From Prasinococcaceae sp. CCMP 1430 (taxonomy: Eukaryota; Plantae; Prasinodermophyta), in the NCBI GenBank assembly GCA_013416795.1, contig RQSC01000125.1:8799-72798 (forward strand): a DNA stretch of 64,000 bases. Reading direction: 5' to 3'. The notes under the pieces were generated by a model, which saw only the letters and a program-made list of their open reading frames with translations, was not told the origin of the DNA and searched no databases. A program made the translations under genes and the position numbers. This document shows positions 18,989 through 30,685 of the stretch, one piece after another (within the stretch, counting starts at the first letter, position 1; each line of letters begins with the position of its first letter).

Positions 18989-21900
18989 TCAGACGGAGCG
19001 GATGAGGACGGCGGGTCCGTCGGTGTCCCCCGTGCTCGGGGCGTTGCTCGGAGCAGAACGACCGGGCGCGCAGGTCGTGCCTGTCGCAGGGCAGTCGGCG
19101 CGGGCTCCTGCAGCAGAGCCCCGGTCGGACACCGGCAGCCCACGCATCGCGCCCCAAGACGGCCCGACCTTCGCCTTGGTAGCCATGCGGGGGGCGTTAG
19201 CGAGCCCGAGCCTGGATGGTGCGCAGATCATCGCGCTCGCGAGGGCCTGCGCCACCCGCGCGGCGTCTGCCTCGGCGCACTCGGCGACCAGCTCGTCGTG
19301 GATGCACAGCACGAGCACCGCCCCAAGTTGCTGCAGCTCTGCCTGCACGTCCACGATGGCCACCTTGACGACGTCAGACAGCGAGCCCTGCACGATCGCC
19401 GAGGCAAGCTGACGGACTCGCTCGCCACGGCTCCCCACCTTCGCCGGGAGCGTCCGCTGCCGGCCACTGACTGTCGACACAAACCCCTTCTGCTCGGCGT
19501 GGTGGGAGGTCGACACGAGCCACTTGAGAGACGTCCCGAAGATGTTGTCGAACGACTGGTCGAACGCCGGCCCGGAACCTGAGGCCGTGCCCAGCGAGTA
19601 CAGGCGGGAGTACACCAGGCGCTTCGCCTCGGCGCGGGCGCACCCGGCGCTGTCCGCCAATTGCTGGAAGATGTCGCAGCCACTCGCGAGAAGGTCACAC
19701 AGCGCGGCGTCGTTTGCCATAGCAGCCAGTACGCGAAGCTCCGCCTCGCTGTAGTCGACGCTGACGAGCACGTTGCCAGGCGAGCGCGCGACGAAGCACG
19801 CGCGCGCGCTCGGATGGCTCGTCGAGCGCGCGGAGTGCTGCCTTTGCACGCACTGCAAGTTGGGGCCCTCGCTCACAAGGCGGCCGGTGGCAGCGGCGCA
19901 CTGCAGCCAGCTGGTGTGAACGCGTTCGACCATTGCGAGTGCTGCGCTGCTGTCGGAGGGCAGCGCGCTGAGGCGCACCGAGCTTGCGGCGCACGTCAGG
20001 TACGAGTCCAAGTTGCCGATGAGCCGCTGGAGCTGCCGCGCCTCCAGCACCAGATCGACAACGCCCTCGGTACACGCCATCTCCTCGAGAACCTCGGAAC
20101 GCGTCGAGATGCGACCCGAACGCAGCTTCGGCGCCCCATCGGGTGGTCTCAAGCGCAGGGGCCTGCCACCGAAGAGCGCGTCAGAGAGGTGCTCGGGTGA
20201 TTCCCATCGCACCTTCTCGCCATTGAATGCGCGCGACAGACTCGCCTCCACTCCGCTGAGGCACTTTCTCGCAGCGGCCCGGCACTTGTCCGCTGCACGC
20301 CCATTGAAGCCAATGCCCTCCTCTTCCATCGACGCCAGCGCGCGAATCAGCGGCATCTCCATGCGGGCGTACGCGGATGCGACGCCGTCGTTGCAGGCGA
20401 AGGCGCGCCGCTGGTGCTCGGCGAGCGCCAGTGCGAGCGCCGCGCGCTCGCACGCGTCGCGCGGCCCGCTCCCCCGCTCGCCAAAGAGTTCGCAGCCGGC
20501 TGTGGCCACTGCGACTGCGAGCCCCTGGTGGCCATCACGTCCACGCCCGTATTCTTCGAGGACCTCCGCGAGTGCCATGGACGTCTCATGTCTCTGGCCG
20601 CCCGCGAGCAGACACTCTGCGATGAGGGTGTCCCGCCAGCCAACGAGACGAGATGCGAGTGCGAGCGGCCGCCCGCACACGCCGAACTCAATGGCGACGA
20701 GCTGCCTGCGCAAGTCCCAGCAGGCACAGCGCACGCCCGCCATCGCAGTGATGTGGTCATGCGAGGCCCCCGCGAGTCGGCGCAGCCCATCGCAGACCAC
20801 CTCCCATCGCTCGCGGACGACGCCAGCTGTCACACCGGACTCAGCATCGAGGCGAAGGCCGATGTACACCTTCAGCACGTCCGCAAACGCTTCGTCGGCC
20901 TGCGTTGTCACGCCAGGCGTCGTTCCGCCTCCCGTTGGGCGCACGAGCGCGATAGCGACCCCTGCAAGCACGCTTCGCGGCGCGCCCTGGCGGCGGTCGG
21001 CGGTGCGAGATTCGACGATGTGGGCTTCGAATCCGAATTCGTTCGACGCTGCCCACAGGCGCGCGAATCCGTCCAGGCCGTCTGGCTCAAAAGCCTCCAC
21101 GTCGCAACACAGCACGTGGCGTGCTGCGTTGGCGCAGATCCGCGCGTGCTCGATGTGGGCTGCCTGTCGGCACGAATAGCTCTCCCACAGCTTCCCTGCT
21201 GCCCGCACGATGCGGGTCGCGAGGGCCTTGAGCGCACGCGTCTTCTGGGGGGGAGCGCGCCCGGAGATCGCAGCGTACACGCGATCACCCCCGGCCCTCG
21301 CTACCCGCTCGATAGAGGTCAACCCCGCTTTGTGGAGGAGGCGCGCGCGGCCCGACTTGACGCCAGGGATCTCGCACAACGCTCGTACCTCCTCATTGCC
21401 ACCGGCGCTCACACGCGGCGCAAGCTTCGTGAGCATCGCCGCGAGACTGTCCAGGGCGATCGACCTGACCCGCATCTGTCGGCATTCTCTGGGGTCCGCC
21501 GCCAGCGCCTCGAACACGCCTCCGAGTGACGTCACACGCATGCCTGCGCTCTCCCTGAGGGCTTCTAGGTCCGGGAGAATGATGTCTGGAAACATTTTGC
21601 GCATGTCTGCCGTCACCTCCTGGACTTCGACGCCCTCGGCGAGGCGAGCGAGCGCGAGCGCAAAGTAAAGCTTGACGGCGGCCCGGGCCGGGCCGCTCGG
21701 AATGTCCGTGCTCGCGGGGACGGCGCCCTTGCCACGCCGAGCTTGGAAGAAGAAGCCCTCGTCGACGCCGAGCGCAATCGCAAGCGCCTTCTCGTGTTTC
21801 GAGAAGGACGAGTCCCACGCCTGATACATACAGTTCCACTGCGTACTCTCCCACCGCACAGCGCAATCCCACGCGATGCCCTCAGGGACCGCCATCCAGC

Positions 21901-24820
21901 AGAGTGCGACCGGTGTGTCAAGCAACTTCAGCTCGACAACTTTTTGGGCGTCCGCTATGGCAGCCAGTATCTGTTCGGGAGACATCGTCGGAGCCCGCGT
22001 CATCGCGGACCCTCGCGAACACGCGACCCAGCGCATCGCGGACTTGTCAAACGCCAGCAGGCGCTGGCGCTCGCACCATCGCAGTGCCTCCACAGCGGTA
22101 TCAGAGGCCACCGACCCTTTGCTTGTCCCACCACCGGTCGCAGCGAGCAGCGTGCACGCCAAGAAAGCCTCAACATCGCTCGCTGTCGCGACCCAGCCAC
22201 CAACGACAGCCTCAAGCACAGCTTGGCGCATTGCTCGGTTTCCGCCTAGAACGGCCTTCGCATTGCGCTTCGACGGACAGGCTAAGGGCTCCGACGCATG
22301 CTGCCTCCGCCCGTCCCGCGCCTCGCGCGCACCTGGCTGTCGCACGCCATCATCAGCGGGCGGCGCAAAGCAGCTTCGGATCGCATCGCCGCCGACGGCG
22401 GTGGCCGAGACCTCGCCCTGCGAGCGAGCGCCGTCCAGAAGCTGCTTGGCGCTCGTGCGTGCGGATGACGGTACAACAACGAAGGCCTCGCCAATCGTGT
22501 CAAAGCCGGCACGTCCAGCTCGGCCGCACATCTGCCTGATGGTAGTCGGGTCGTGCAGATCACGCCCAGCTTTCAACCCCATGATGAGCACCCGACGCGC
22601 TGGGAGGTTGACTCCGGCTGCGAGCGTGGTGGTCGCACACAGAACTCGAATGCCGCCCTGGCGGTAGCCACCCTCGACAACCTTGCGCTCGTCATTCGTG
22701 AGAGCTGAGTTGTGCCAGCCCACACCAGCCTGAATGCATTCTTGCAAGATGTCATCCGCGGTTCCCTGCCTGCCTTGCCCCTGCTGACCGCGCGTGCCAC
22801 CAGCCTTCGGCAGGGCGCTGCGATCGGCGACCTGCAGCTCCTCAAGTGCAGCGTTGCGCGCCTTGTTCGCTTTGTCATCGGAAGGCACTAGCACAGACGG
22901 GTCGACCCGTCGAAGGAGCTCTACCATCCCCTTCGCGAGCTGCCAGCACTTCGCCTTCGTCGGGCAGAAGAGCAGCGCGGCCCCGCCGCCGGAGAGGGTT
23001 TCTTGCACGAGCGCCACCGCGGCCGTCACTTCAGCATCAGCAGCGAGCATGTCTGGACTGCTGCAGCAGTCAATCTGGCGCACAGAACGGTCATCCACCG
23101 GGTCAATGATGTCCACGAATCCCGCCTTGCTCGTGTGTGCGCCCGATGCCTGCTTGAACGCACTCGCAGCACTCGAAGCGCCGGTAGCAGGCCTTATGCT
23201 CAGCGACTGCGTGTAGACGCATATCCACTCTGAAAGGGGCACTGGTCTATCCGAGTCCGTGGCACGAAATGCCGCGCCCCCGAGCCATCGATGGACTGCA
23301 CCCGCGCCAGGGAGCGTTGCGCTCATGCCGACGAGCAGGATATCGGGCGTTTGGCCGTGCTGCTGCTGCTGTCGCCGCCGTGCGCGGTCGAGATCTTTCT
23401 TGGTGTCGGTCGAAGCGGCATCAGCTCCAGCGGTGCCCTCGAGCACAGCTTCTCGGCCGTTGCCGTAGCCTTTCGTTCCTGGCCTTCTTCCGCCGCCGAT
23501 GTACAGCAGCTTGGCCATGAGCAGCTCGCATAGGTGGCCCCTGCTTGGATCGGCGACCATGTGCAGCTCATCCACGACGACGATGCAAAACGTATCGAGC
23601 AAAGTTTTCTCCAGCACGAGCTCGTTGACGAGACCGTTGGCCTTCTCGATGGTCGCAACACACACGGCAGTGCCGCGTTCTGGAGGGCCATGGCCGATTG
23701 CACCGTGGTACGCCTTGACGCCGCGTCCGGTGCCACGAAAGAGGCGCTCGTACTCCTCGACCTTTTCATTCACGAGGCTCACGAAAGGCACGACTACGAG
23801 CGCTGCGCGATTCGTCGCAGACACAGCGCGAAGCAAGATCATGTCGGCCACGATCGACTTTCCTCCGCTGGTTGGCGCCGAGTAGACGAGGTTGCCTCCG
23901 GTGCGCGCTTGCTGCTCGAGGCACGACGCCTGCCAGCGGTGCAGCCGCGGAGAGCCGCCGAGCTTCTTCTCGAAGTACCGGTGCGCGAAGCGTGGCAGGC
24001 CCCACCTGGGGTGGCGTGGGTCGAGCTGTGTGTCATCGTGCCAGTCGAAGCTATTCGTCGTCGCCTGCGAAGAGTGCTGCGCCTGGAAGCCAACGCCGTC
24101 CTCTGACGCCAGCGACACTCGAGAGGGCAGATTCTCCGCGCGCAGAGACTGCACCACGGCGTCGGCCGCCGCATTCGCCACAGCTGCCACGCTCGCATCG
24201 GCAAAGACCGCAACATCGTCGCCATGGCTGGGCACCACACTTCCCCGGCGCGATGTGTCATCAGACTGCCGAGCGACAGTCACCGCTCCCAGCTCGCCGA
24301 GGGCATCCTCAGCCACGCCCACGATCGGAACGGGCAGCGCCTGGCCTGTCGACTCACGGGTTCGCCGAGGTCCTCCCGGTCCTGGCAGCTGTACGCCCTG
24401 TTGGCACGCCGCCACCTCCTGGATCGTCTCATGCGACTGCTGCTGCCCGAGCGGTGGCCGACCCGGCCTGTGCTGCGACGGCGGCTCCGACGCCCGTTGA
24501 TGCAGCCGCTGCGAGCGCGTCTGGTGAGGCTCGACGACCTCTGGCAGCGCGCCGCTCGCGACGCCGAGCGACGCGAGCAGGCCGGGGCGCGGCTCCGCGG
24601 CGCCGACGCGGCCGGGGGCTGGGACGGGAGGCCGATAACCGGGAGGCCGCGCGCCGGGAGCGGGGCGGCGGTGGCCTGGTGTCGCAGGGCGAGGACGGGG
24701 TGGGGGCGGGGAGGCGGGACTGCGGGACGCGCGCGCCGTGTGGCGCCGCTGCTGGCATGCACGCGCGCGAACACAACTCGATTCGTTCAACCTTGTTGTG
24801 GGGGTACACAAAACCTCCAT
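18989..24820 (-). CDS. POLQ: DNA polymerase theta (helicase + family A polymerase), intronless
   Basis: 1943-aa ORF. Helicase: NLVYSAPTSGGKS, VVVDELHM, GMSATL, GWHNSALT, CATTTLAAGVNLPARRV, QMCGRAGRAG. Pol A: TGRLVSEGPNLQ, motif A DYSEAELRVLA, motif B RAEAKRLVY, motif C IHDEL. Confidence 0.93.
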   Translation of the reverse strand: MEVLCTPTTRLNESSCVRARACQQRRHTARASRSPASPPPPRPRPATPGHRRPAPGARPPGYRPPVPAPGRVGAAEPRPGLLASLGVASGALPEVVEPHQTRSQRLHQRASEPPSQHRPGRPPLGQQQSHETIQEVAACQQGVQLPGPGGPRRTRESTGQALPVPIVGVAEDALGELGAVTVARQSDDTSRRGSVVPSHGDDVAVFADASVAAVANAAADAVVQSLRAENLPSRVSLASEDGVGFQAQHSSQATTNSFDWHDDTQLDPRHPRWGLPRFAHRYFEKKLGGSPRLHRWQASCLEQQARTGGNLVYSAPTSGGKSIVADMILLRAVSATNRAALVVVPFVSLVNEKVEEYERLFRGTGRGVKAYHGAIGHGPPERGTAVCVATIEKANGLVNELVLEKTLLDTFCIVVVDELHMVADPSRGHLCELLMAKLLYIGGGRRPGTKGYGNGREAVLEGTAGADAASTDTKKDLDRARRRQQQQHGQTPDILLVGMSATLPGAGAVHRWLGGAAFRATDSDRPVPLSEWICVYTQSLSIRPATGASSAASAFKQASGAHTSKAGFVDIIDPVDDRSVRQIDCCSSPDMLAADAEVTAAVALVQETLSGGGAALLFCPTKAKCWQLAKGMVELLRRVDPSVLVPSDDKANKARNAALEELQVADRSALPKAGGTRGQQGQGRQGTADDILQECIQAGVGWHNSALTNDERKVVEGGYRQGGIRVLCATTTLAAGVNLPARRVLIMGLKAGRDLHDPTTIRQMCGRAGRAGFDTIGEAFVVVPSSARTSAKQLLDGARSQGEVSATAVGGDAIRSCFAPPADDGVRQPGAREARDGRRQHASEPLACPSKRNAKAVLGGNRAMRQAVLEAVVGGWVATASDVEAFLACTLLAATGGGTSKGSVASDTAVEALRWCERQRLLAFDKSAMRWVACSRGSAMTRAPTMSPEQILAAIADAQKVVELKLLDTPVALCWMAVPEGIAWDCAVRWESTQWNCMYQAWDSSFSKHEKALAIALGVDEGFFFQARRGKGAVPASTDIPSGPARAAVKLYFALALARLAEGVEVQEVTADMRKMFPDIILPDLEALRESAGMRVTSLGGVFEALAADPRECRQMRVRSIALDSLAAMLTKLAPRVSAGGNEEVRALCEIPGVKSGRARLLHKAGLTSIERVARAGGDRVYAAISGRAPPQKTRALKALATRIVRAAGKLWESYSCRQAAHIEHARICANAARHVLCCDVEAFEPDGLDGFARLWAASNEFGFEAHIVESRTADRRQGAPRSVLAGVAIALVRPTGGGTTPGVTTQADEAFADVLKVYIGLRLDAESGVTAGVVRERWEVVCDGLRRLAGASHDHITAMAGVRCACWDLRRQLVAIEFGVCGRPLALASRLVGWRDTLIAECLLAGGQRHETSMALAEVLEEYGRGRDGHQGLAVAVATAGCELFGERGSGPRDACERAALALALAEHQRRAFACNDGVASAYARMEMPLIRALASMEEEGIGFNGRAADKCRAAARKCLSGVEASLSRAFNGEKVRWESPEHLSDALFGGRPLRLRPPDGAPKLRSGRISTRSEVLEEMACTEGVVDLVLEARQLQRLIGNLDSYLTCAASSVRLSALPSDSSAALAMVERVHTSWLQCAAATGRLVSEGPNLQCVQRQHSARSTSHPSARACFVARSPGNVLVSVDYSEAELRVLAAMANDAALCDLLASGCDIFQQLADSAGCARAEAKRLVYSRLYSLGTASGSGPAFDQSFDNIFGTSLKWLVSTSHHAEQKGFVSTVSGRQRTLPAKVGSRGERVRQLASAIVQGSLSDVVKVAIVDVQAELQQLGAVLVLCIHDELVAECAEADAARVAQALASAMICAPSRLGLANAPRMATKAKVGPSWGAMRGLPVSDRGSAAGARADCPATGTTCAPGRSAPSNAPSTGDTDGPAVLIRSV

Positions 24821-25236
24821 TTAATTTAGGGTAAGAGGCCAACCTGCGAGCGCGCATGACGCGCGCAATCAAAACTTTTGTACAGAGAATTGATTCGAAA
24901 TTGAGGGGGCCGCTGGCGCCAATTCGATCGCCGTTCCCCCAGGGCCGCGCGGCCGGCCGAAGCGGCGCACCCGCGGGGCCGGACGAAGGGGCGCGCCGCG
25001 CCCGCGCAGGCAGATGCGCTGCGCGAGATGGGCGCGGAGGATGTGTTGGTCGTCGTGAGCACGGCAGCGGGTGCGCGGGGCCACTCGACGGGCCGCTCGC
25101 GCGGCGCGGGCGGAGGAGCAGGCGGCGTGGCGCCGTTGGTGAACCAGGGTGCCAGTGCCGAGACGTCAGGCGAGGCGTGAGGGTGTGACAGGGCCCTGTG
25201 AGGCAGGTTGTGTGAGGGGGGGGGGGGCGTTGAGAA

Positions 25237-26748
25237 GTGCGTGCTCGACTGTCGGACCGAGAGGGTGGAGTGTCGATGCCGGGCAATTTGAGCTCTCGCC
25301 TGGGCGAGGCGACCGCGCGTCCAGGCTTCGACTTGTTGGCATCGGACAGCGACGATGACGACTTCGTTGTCGTCGAGGCCAGAAAAAAAGATGGGGCGCC
25401 TCTCGACATCGCCGATGCGACCGAGCGCGCGATCTTTGCCGACGCGCAACGCGAGGCGATCGCGCGCGTCCGCGGCGAGGAGACCATCGCGACGCGTGCG
25501 CCAGTCAGAAATACGCATGGCGCGCGAGCAAGGCCAACGCATAGGCAGCCCGCATCTCGAGCAGGCGCAGCGCTAGACGCCTCAAATCTCGAGGCGCTCA
25601 TGTCAACGGCGCCGGCGCACGCAGGTCTAGAGCCAGAGGCAGGCGCTGCCCTCGACGCTTCGACATTGGACTCCTTCATGGCGTCGCACCGCCGACGTGC
25701 ATTAGACACTGGCAACGAATCTGCGGGTATGCGGACCGATCCCAGCAGGCTGAATCTCGGAAACTTGATCGACTCAGGCGTTGTCGGCGGCTCGATGAGC
25801 ACCGTGGAGGCGCTCGAGCAGCTCTCCAAGGTCTTGCCCGTCGTGAGCAGAGAGATTGTTCCTGTCTCGAATGTCGTTGGTAGCGTTGGCGGAATAGCCA
25901 CCCCCGCACCGTGCTGCGGGGGGCGGCCGCCAGTAGGAATTGTGTGGCTCATCGATCACGCCGAGGATGCAACCTCCGTGGCAGATATGCTCGCAATGCA
26001 ACTCAGTGCAAAAGTCACAGGCGTTGGTGGGGAGTTCAGCGGCCTGCCACCGATCTATCTCGGCGTGGTCCAGCCGCCCCGCAACTTCTTTAGGGAGCTC
26101 GGCAGGGATGCGTCGGCGTGGATGGATCCCGGCTGCCCTCTGGTCTCCTCGGGCGACCCGTGTTCTGCGGGCGTGTCTGTCGACCATCTAACGGTCCTCG
26201 CGGAAATCTAAAACGCCGTGAGCCGCGTACAGCGCGTCGTGGAGAGCATTGCCGATGGGGGCATATGGACGGAGCGGACGATTTTGTGCGGCTCCGGCCA
26301 GGGTGGGACGTTGGCAGTGCACGCCGCGGCCACACAAGAGTGCAAGGACACGCCGCTCGCTGGGGCTGTGAGCTTCGGTGGAGGCTGCGCTCTCGCATCC
26401 GCACTGACTTCGGAAAAGATCACGCGCGCAGGGCGTTCGCGGCCTGTACTACTCGCTCGCGGAGAGGGCGACGATGCGATGCCAACTGCGCACGTTGACG
26501 TGGCTGTCACCATGCTTGCCAGGGTTGGCATCCCCGTGCGCTCGCAGACCCTGCCAGGAGGCGGGCGAGGTCCCGGCGGGCACATGATTGACGCGCTGCT
26601 GCGCTGCGTGACCGCGTGGTGCGACACTCCAGTTTCCTCCCAGCGGCCGAAGGGTGCCGCAGCGTTTACGGAGGCGCAGCAGCTTCTCGACGAAGCGGGC
26701 GTGCCACAGCCACCTTCCATGGTGCTAGGTGCGACAGTGTCTCGCTAG
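25237..26748 (+). CDS. Phospholipase/carboxylesterase (acyl-protein thioesterase-like) fold protein with low-complexity N-terminus; in-frame TAA at 26209-26211
   Basis: ORFs 25237-26211 and 26218-26748 are in the same frame. GIWTERTILCGSGQGG (~GIPSERIVLGGFSQGG), LAGAVSFGG, PVLLARGEGDDAMP (~PILLCHG..D..VP), GGHMI. Confidence 0.6.
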
Positions 26749-26874
26749 CTAGCTCCTGCCGGCGCGTGCGATCGCGCGACCTACCCCCGCCTGCACGCAT
26801 GTTCCCGCAATGGACCCGTATGGACGCGCATCGCTGACCCTGACCCGCTTGTGTCTATTCGGGCCGACCCGCGC

Positions 26875-27499
26875 ATGTGCCCAAACTTGAAGCAGCAAAC
26901 GCTGCATGGCGCGCGGAGACATCGGCGTCCGCGCAGGCAAATGGAGCGCCAGCGAGGCGTGCAGAGGCTGCAAGGCTGCGCGCACGGGCGGAGGAGGAGC
27001 GGCAGCACAAGGCACGGGCGAAGTCATTAGCAGCAGCGGCACAATGTGCCCCGGCGGACAACAATGAGAAGGAAAAGGTGTGCTTCGCGTGGATTGCTTC
27101 GCGTGGATGCGTGTACATGTGATGGATTGCGAGTGTCGAATAGGCGCGAGAGCACTGTGTGTTCGCATCTAACGCGAGCGCAACCATCCGTCGCAGCCTA
27201 CCGGGACTCGACTGGTCGCGAGGAAGCCAGTCGCTCCCGCCGCCGCTGCGCCGACAATCGCCGAGCACAAGGAGGCAGCGCGCTCCGGAGATGCCGCCAT
27301 TGACGCCGCGCTTTCAAACGGCGACTGCTCAGACGAGCTCGCGGCGATCGAAGCGGAGATGGCTCGAATGCAGCTGGAGCGCAAGGCGGTCTTCAAGCGC
27401 GCGAATGGCGCTGACAAGGCGGCGTACACGAAACTCTTTTCGGCGCGAATGCGCCTGCTCAGCGCGCGGAAGGCTGAGTGCGCGCGCCTGCTGCACTGA
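26875..27499 (+). CDS. Possible small coiled-coil protein (two or more exons)
   Basis: Coding-like segments AEAARLRARAEEERQHK...NNEKEK (GT donor after) and DELAAIEAEMARMQLERKAVFK...ARLLH*. The splicing model is not resolved. Confidence 0.3.
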
Positions 27500-27604
27500 C
27501 GCCTTGCGCCGCTTGCTGGCGCGCGCATGTGAGGGCAACTCTGCAAAGTGCCCTGCCGAGCGAGAGCAAGAGCAAAGGTGGTTGCAATAAAGCTGCCATT
27601 ATTA

Positions 27605-28782
27605 TTATTCGATGGCCCCGAGCTCCTTGCCCGCCACCGCGTCGAGCACCCTCGGCAGCGCCTTCTGGAGGCTCTCGGCAGCCGCGCCGAGGTTCTCCAG
27701 GAACTCCTCCTCAGTGGGCTTGTCACCGTCGACGATGTCGGTGACGCTCTTCACGCAGAACCACGGCACGTCGGCGGCCTCCGCAACGTAGGCGATGGCT
27801 GCGGCCTCCATGTCCTTTACGTTGGCCTCTGCCATGCCCATGCGGTCCATGCACTGCTTGGTGGCGTCCAGCGAGTTACCCGTGGTCACCACACCCGTCT
27901 TAAAGCCCAGCTCGCCCGCGAGGCGGTGCACGTCGACGGCGTCGCGCGCGGCGATGTGGTAGTCACCGTACTTGTCGAAGCCCGGCAGCGGGATGCGCCT
28001 GTCGTGGTTGCGCACCTGCGCGCGTGCGCGCGTGCGCGCGAGAGTGTGCAAGCGCGTGCGTGCGCGTGTGAGCATGCGAGCACACACTTGAGCACGCACG
28101 TACGTGCCTGCGCATGCGCGCACATACCGCAGAGCTGAGGTAGATGTCGCCCACCTTGGCGCCACGCGCCGCGAAGCCGCCGGAGGTGCCAGCGTTGATG
28201 ATGAGATCGGGGGACAGCTCGGCGATGGCGGCGTACGTGGTGAGCGCTGCGGGGACGGTGCCCACGGCGGGCACACCGTGCGCGGTGTCGGTGCCGTTGA
28301 TCGCCACGTGCACGCGCGCGCCGCCCACCTCGCCCGAGAACACCTTCGAGGGATCGGCGTTGCGGTGGGAGGGTGGGTGGGTGGGGGCACAGGAAGACGT
28401 GCGAACGTGTGTGCGCGCGCGAGGGCGAAGGTGAGGGTGAGCACTTGGTGCGAGCATGTGTCGTTTCCGTGCCCGCGTGCGCGTGCGCGGCGTGCATGTG
28501 CGCGCGCGAGCACACATGCGCGCGAATGGCGCCGCGCGCTCACCTTGGCAGGCGTCATGGGGAGCTTGACGGACGCGTTCTCCGCAAGCCCTTCGGCGGC
28601 GACAAAGGGTGCAGCCTCCTGGTCCATCGCAATCACGAAGAGCACCGTCTTGATGGGCTACGGGCGCATGTGTGCGCGCGCGGGTGGAGGCACGCGCGCG
28701 CGTGTCAGTACATGCGTGTGCGCGATGGGGTCCCCCGCACGTTGGCGGTGGCCAGCACGCAGCGCGCGATGCGCGCACGCAT
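27605..28782 (-). CDS. MTN: 5'-methylthioadenosine/S-adenosylhomocysteine nucleosidase (plant-type), multi-exon
   Basis: VLFVIAMDQEA, VPAVGTVPAALTTY, PDLIINAGTSGGF, HDRRIPLPGFDKYG, VTTGNSLD, KDMEAAA, KSVTDIVDGDKPTEEEFLENL. Exon 1 MRARIARCVLATAN is inferred. Confidence 0.92.
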
Positions 28783-29244
28783 AGCCGGACAGCGCCCGTA
28801 TTTCCGGGAGCGCGCCAACGTCTGCGCCCGCACACGCGTGTCCGCACACACACGCTCACACTCGCGCATACGCGCGCGCGCTCCGCTCGCGCGCGCACGC
28901 ACGTCGTGCGCGTCCGCGGCGGTCGCGCGCGCGGNNNNNNNNNNNNNNNNNNNNNNNNNNNNNNNNNNNNNNNNNNNNNNNNNNNNNNNNNNNNNNNNNN
29001 NNNNNNNNNNNNNNNNNNNNNNNNNNNNNNNNNNNNNNNNNNNNNNNNNNNNNNNNNNNNNNNNNNNNNNNNNNNNNNNNNNNNNNNNNNNNNNNNNNNN
29101 NNNNNNNNNNNNNNNNNNNNNNNNNNNNNNNNNNNNNNNNNNNNNNNNNNNNNNNNNNNNNNNNNNNNNNNNNNNNNNNNNNNNNNNNNNNNNNNNNNNN
29201 NNNNNNNNNNNNNNNNNNNNNNNNNNNNNNNNNNNNNNNNNNNN

Positions 29245-30369
29245 GGCGCGCGCGGGCTGTACGCGAGCGCCGCCATCGCTGCCGGCGATGAGCTCGCGCG
29301 CGTCCCCGCGCGCTGCGTGCTGCGCGCGCCCGCCACCGGCGAGGGCGCCGGCGAGGAGGCGTACCTGCGCCTCGCGCGAGAGCTGGTGACGCAGCGAGCG
29401 CTGGTGGCACAGGTGGGCGCAGGCATGGCATTCATGGCGCCCTACCTCGAGAGCCTGCCGGACGCGTCCGCCGAGCTCGCCTGCGTCGACTTGTACTGGG
29501 AAGAGGAGGAGCGTGTGCTGCTCGCGCACGCGGCGGCCGCGAGGCGCATGGCTGCGCGGCAGGCGCAGGTGGACGCCGCGGCGGCTGCCGCAGACGTGCC
29601 CGCGGACGCGCTGCGCGATGCCGCCGCGCTCGTGTGCAGCCGGGTCTTCGGTGGCGGCAGCGGCAGCGAGCTCGTGCCGCTCATGGACCTCGCCAACCAC
29701 GCGCCCACCGCGGACGCGGCCGCGCGCATCGCTCCCGACGAGGACGGCGGCTACGCGATGGTCGCGCTGCGCGACATCTCGGAGGGGGAGGAGATCACGC
29801 ACTCGTACAGGGGAGGCGCCGATGCCACGGGCGGTGGCGAAGGGGGGCTGGGACTGCTGCCCGCGGAGGAGGCGCTGCGGGACTACGGCTTTTTGCCGAC
29901 GGGGATGATGAACGCGGTGGCGGCGCACGCTGCCGGCGCGCGCGAGGACGTCGCCGTGGCTGCTGCGGAGCTCGCTGAGGACGCTGCGGAGCTCTGCTCC
30001 TTCCTCGAGCCCGGAGTGTCGCTCGTCGAGGCCCTCGCAGAGGCCCTGGCGCTGTGCGCGAGCGACCTCGCGCTTCTGGGCGGCTCGGGGGCCGAAGGTG
30101 AGGACGGGCGTCCCCTCGGAGAGCGTGCGGAGGCGGCAATCTGGTACAGGCTCACGCGTAGGCTCTTCTTCGCGGCCGCGCAGGTGGCGTACGCGGAAGG
30201 GGAGAAGGCCCCGGCCGTCGTGGACGCCGTGGGCGAGCTCGCACTGCGCTCGGGCGGCCTGGGCGCCGACGAGCAACGCGCCCAGGCGGTGCTGCGAGCG
30301 CACACTGCCGCCGCACGCCGCGCCGTCGAGTCGGGCATGGGCGCGGTGGCGGCGGCGACAGCGGCAGCG
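29245..30369 (+). CDS. SET-domain protein (Rubisco LSMT/SETD3-like); 5' end in gap; natural C-terminus replaced by an insertion in this copy
   Basis: GLYASAAIAAGDELARVP, PYLESLP, VCSRVF, LVPLMDLANH, ALRDISEGEEITHSY, LRDYGF. Confidence 0.85.
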
Positions 30370-30636
30370 AGGGCGGCGGACACCCACCCTGCCGCGATCG
30401 GCACACACACACGCCCGCCCACCGCGCGAACGCCGGCACCCGGAGCTGCCAGCCGATCCACTCACACACCGCAGCGTCGATCCGACCGCACGCCCCTGCC
30501 GCGCCGAAGCGTGGCACCTCCCCCAACTCCACCCCCTCGTCCTCGAGTGGGACCTCCACCACCTCCAGCTCCCCCTCCTCCTCGGCGTCGTCGCCCTCGC
30601 CCCATCACAGACGAGACGGGGTTCGTTTCGAGCGTG

Positions 30637-30685
30637 AGTTTAGGTTGAAAAACGGGGGTTTGAGGTTTGGGGTGTAGGGTTAATG
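30637..30685 (+). repeat. Degenerate telomere-like (TTTAGGG-type) repeats
   Basis: GAGTTTAGGTTGAAAAACGGGGTTTGAGGTTTGGGGTGTAGGGTTAATG. Confidence 0.55.

Noticed and set aside
30604-30627. ITDETGF on the + strand, resembling the first catalytic motif of pogo transposases
   Set aside because: Seven residues only, on the opposite strand to the DDE remnant and with no supporting flanks; likely chance.
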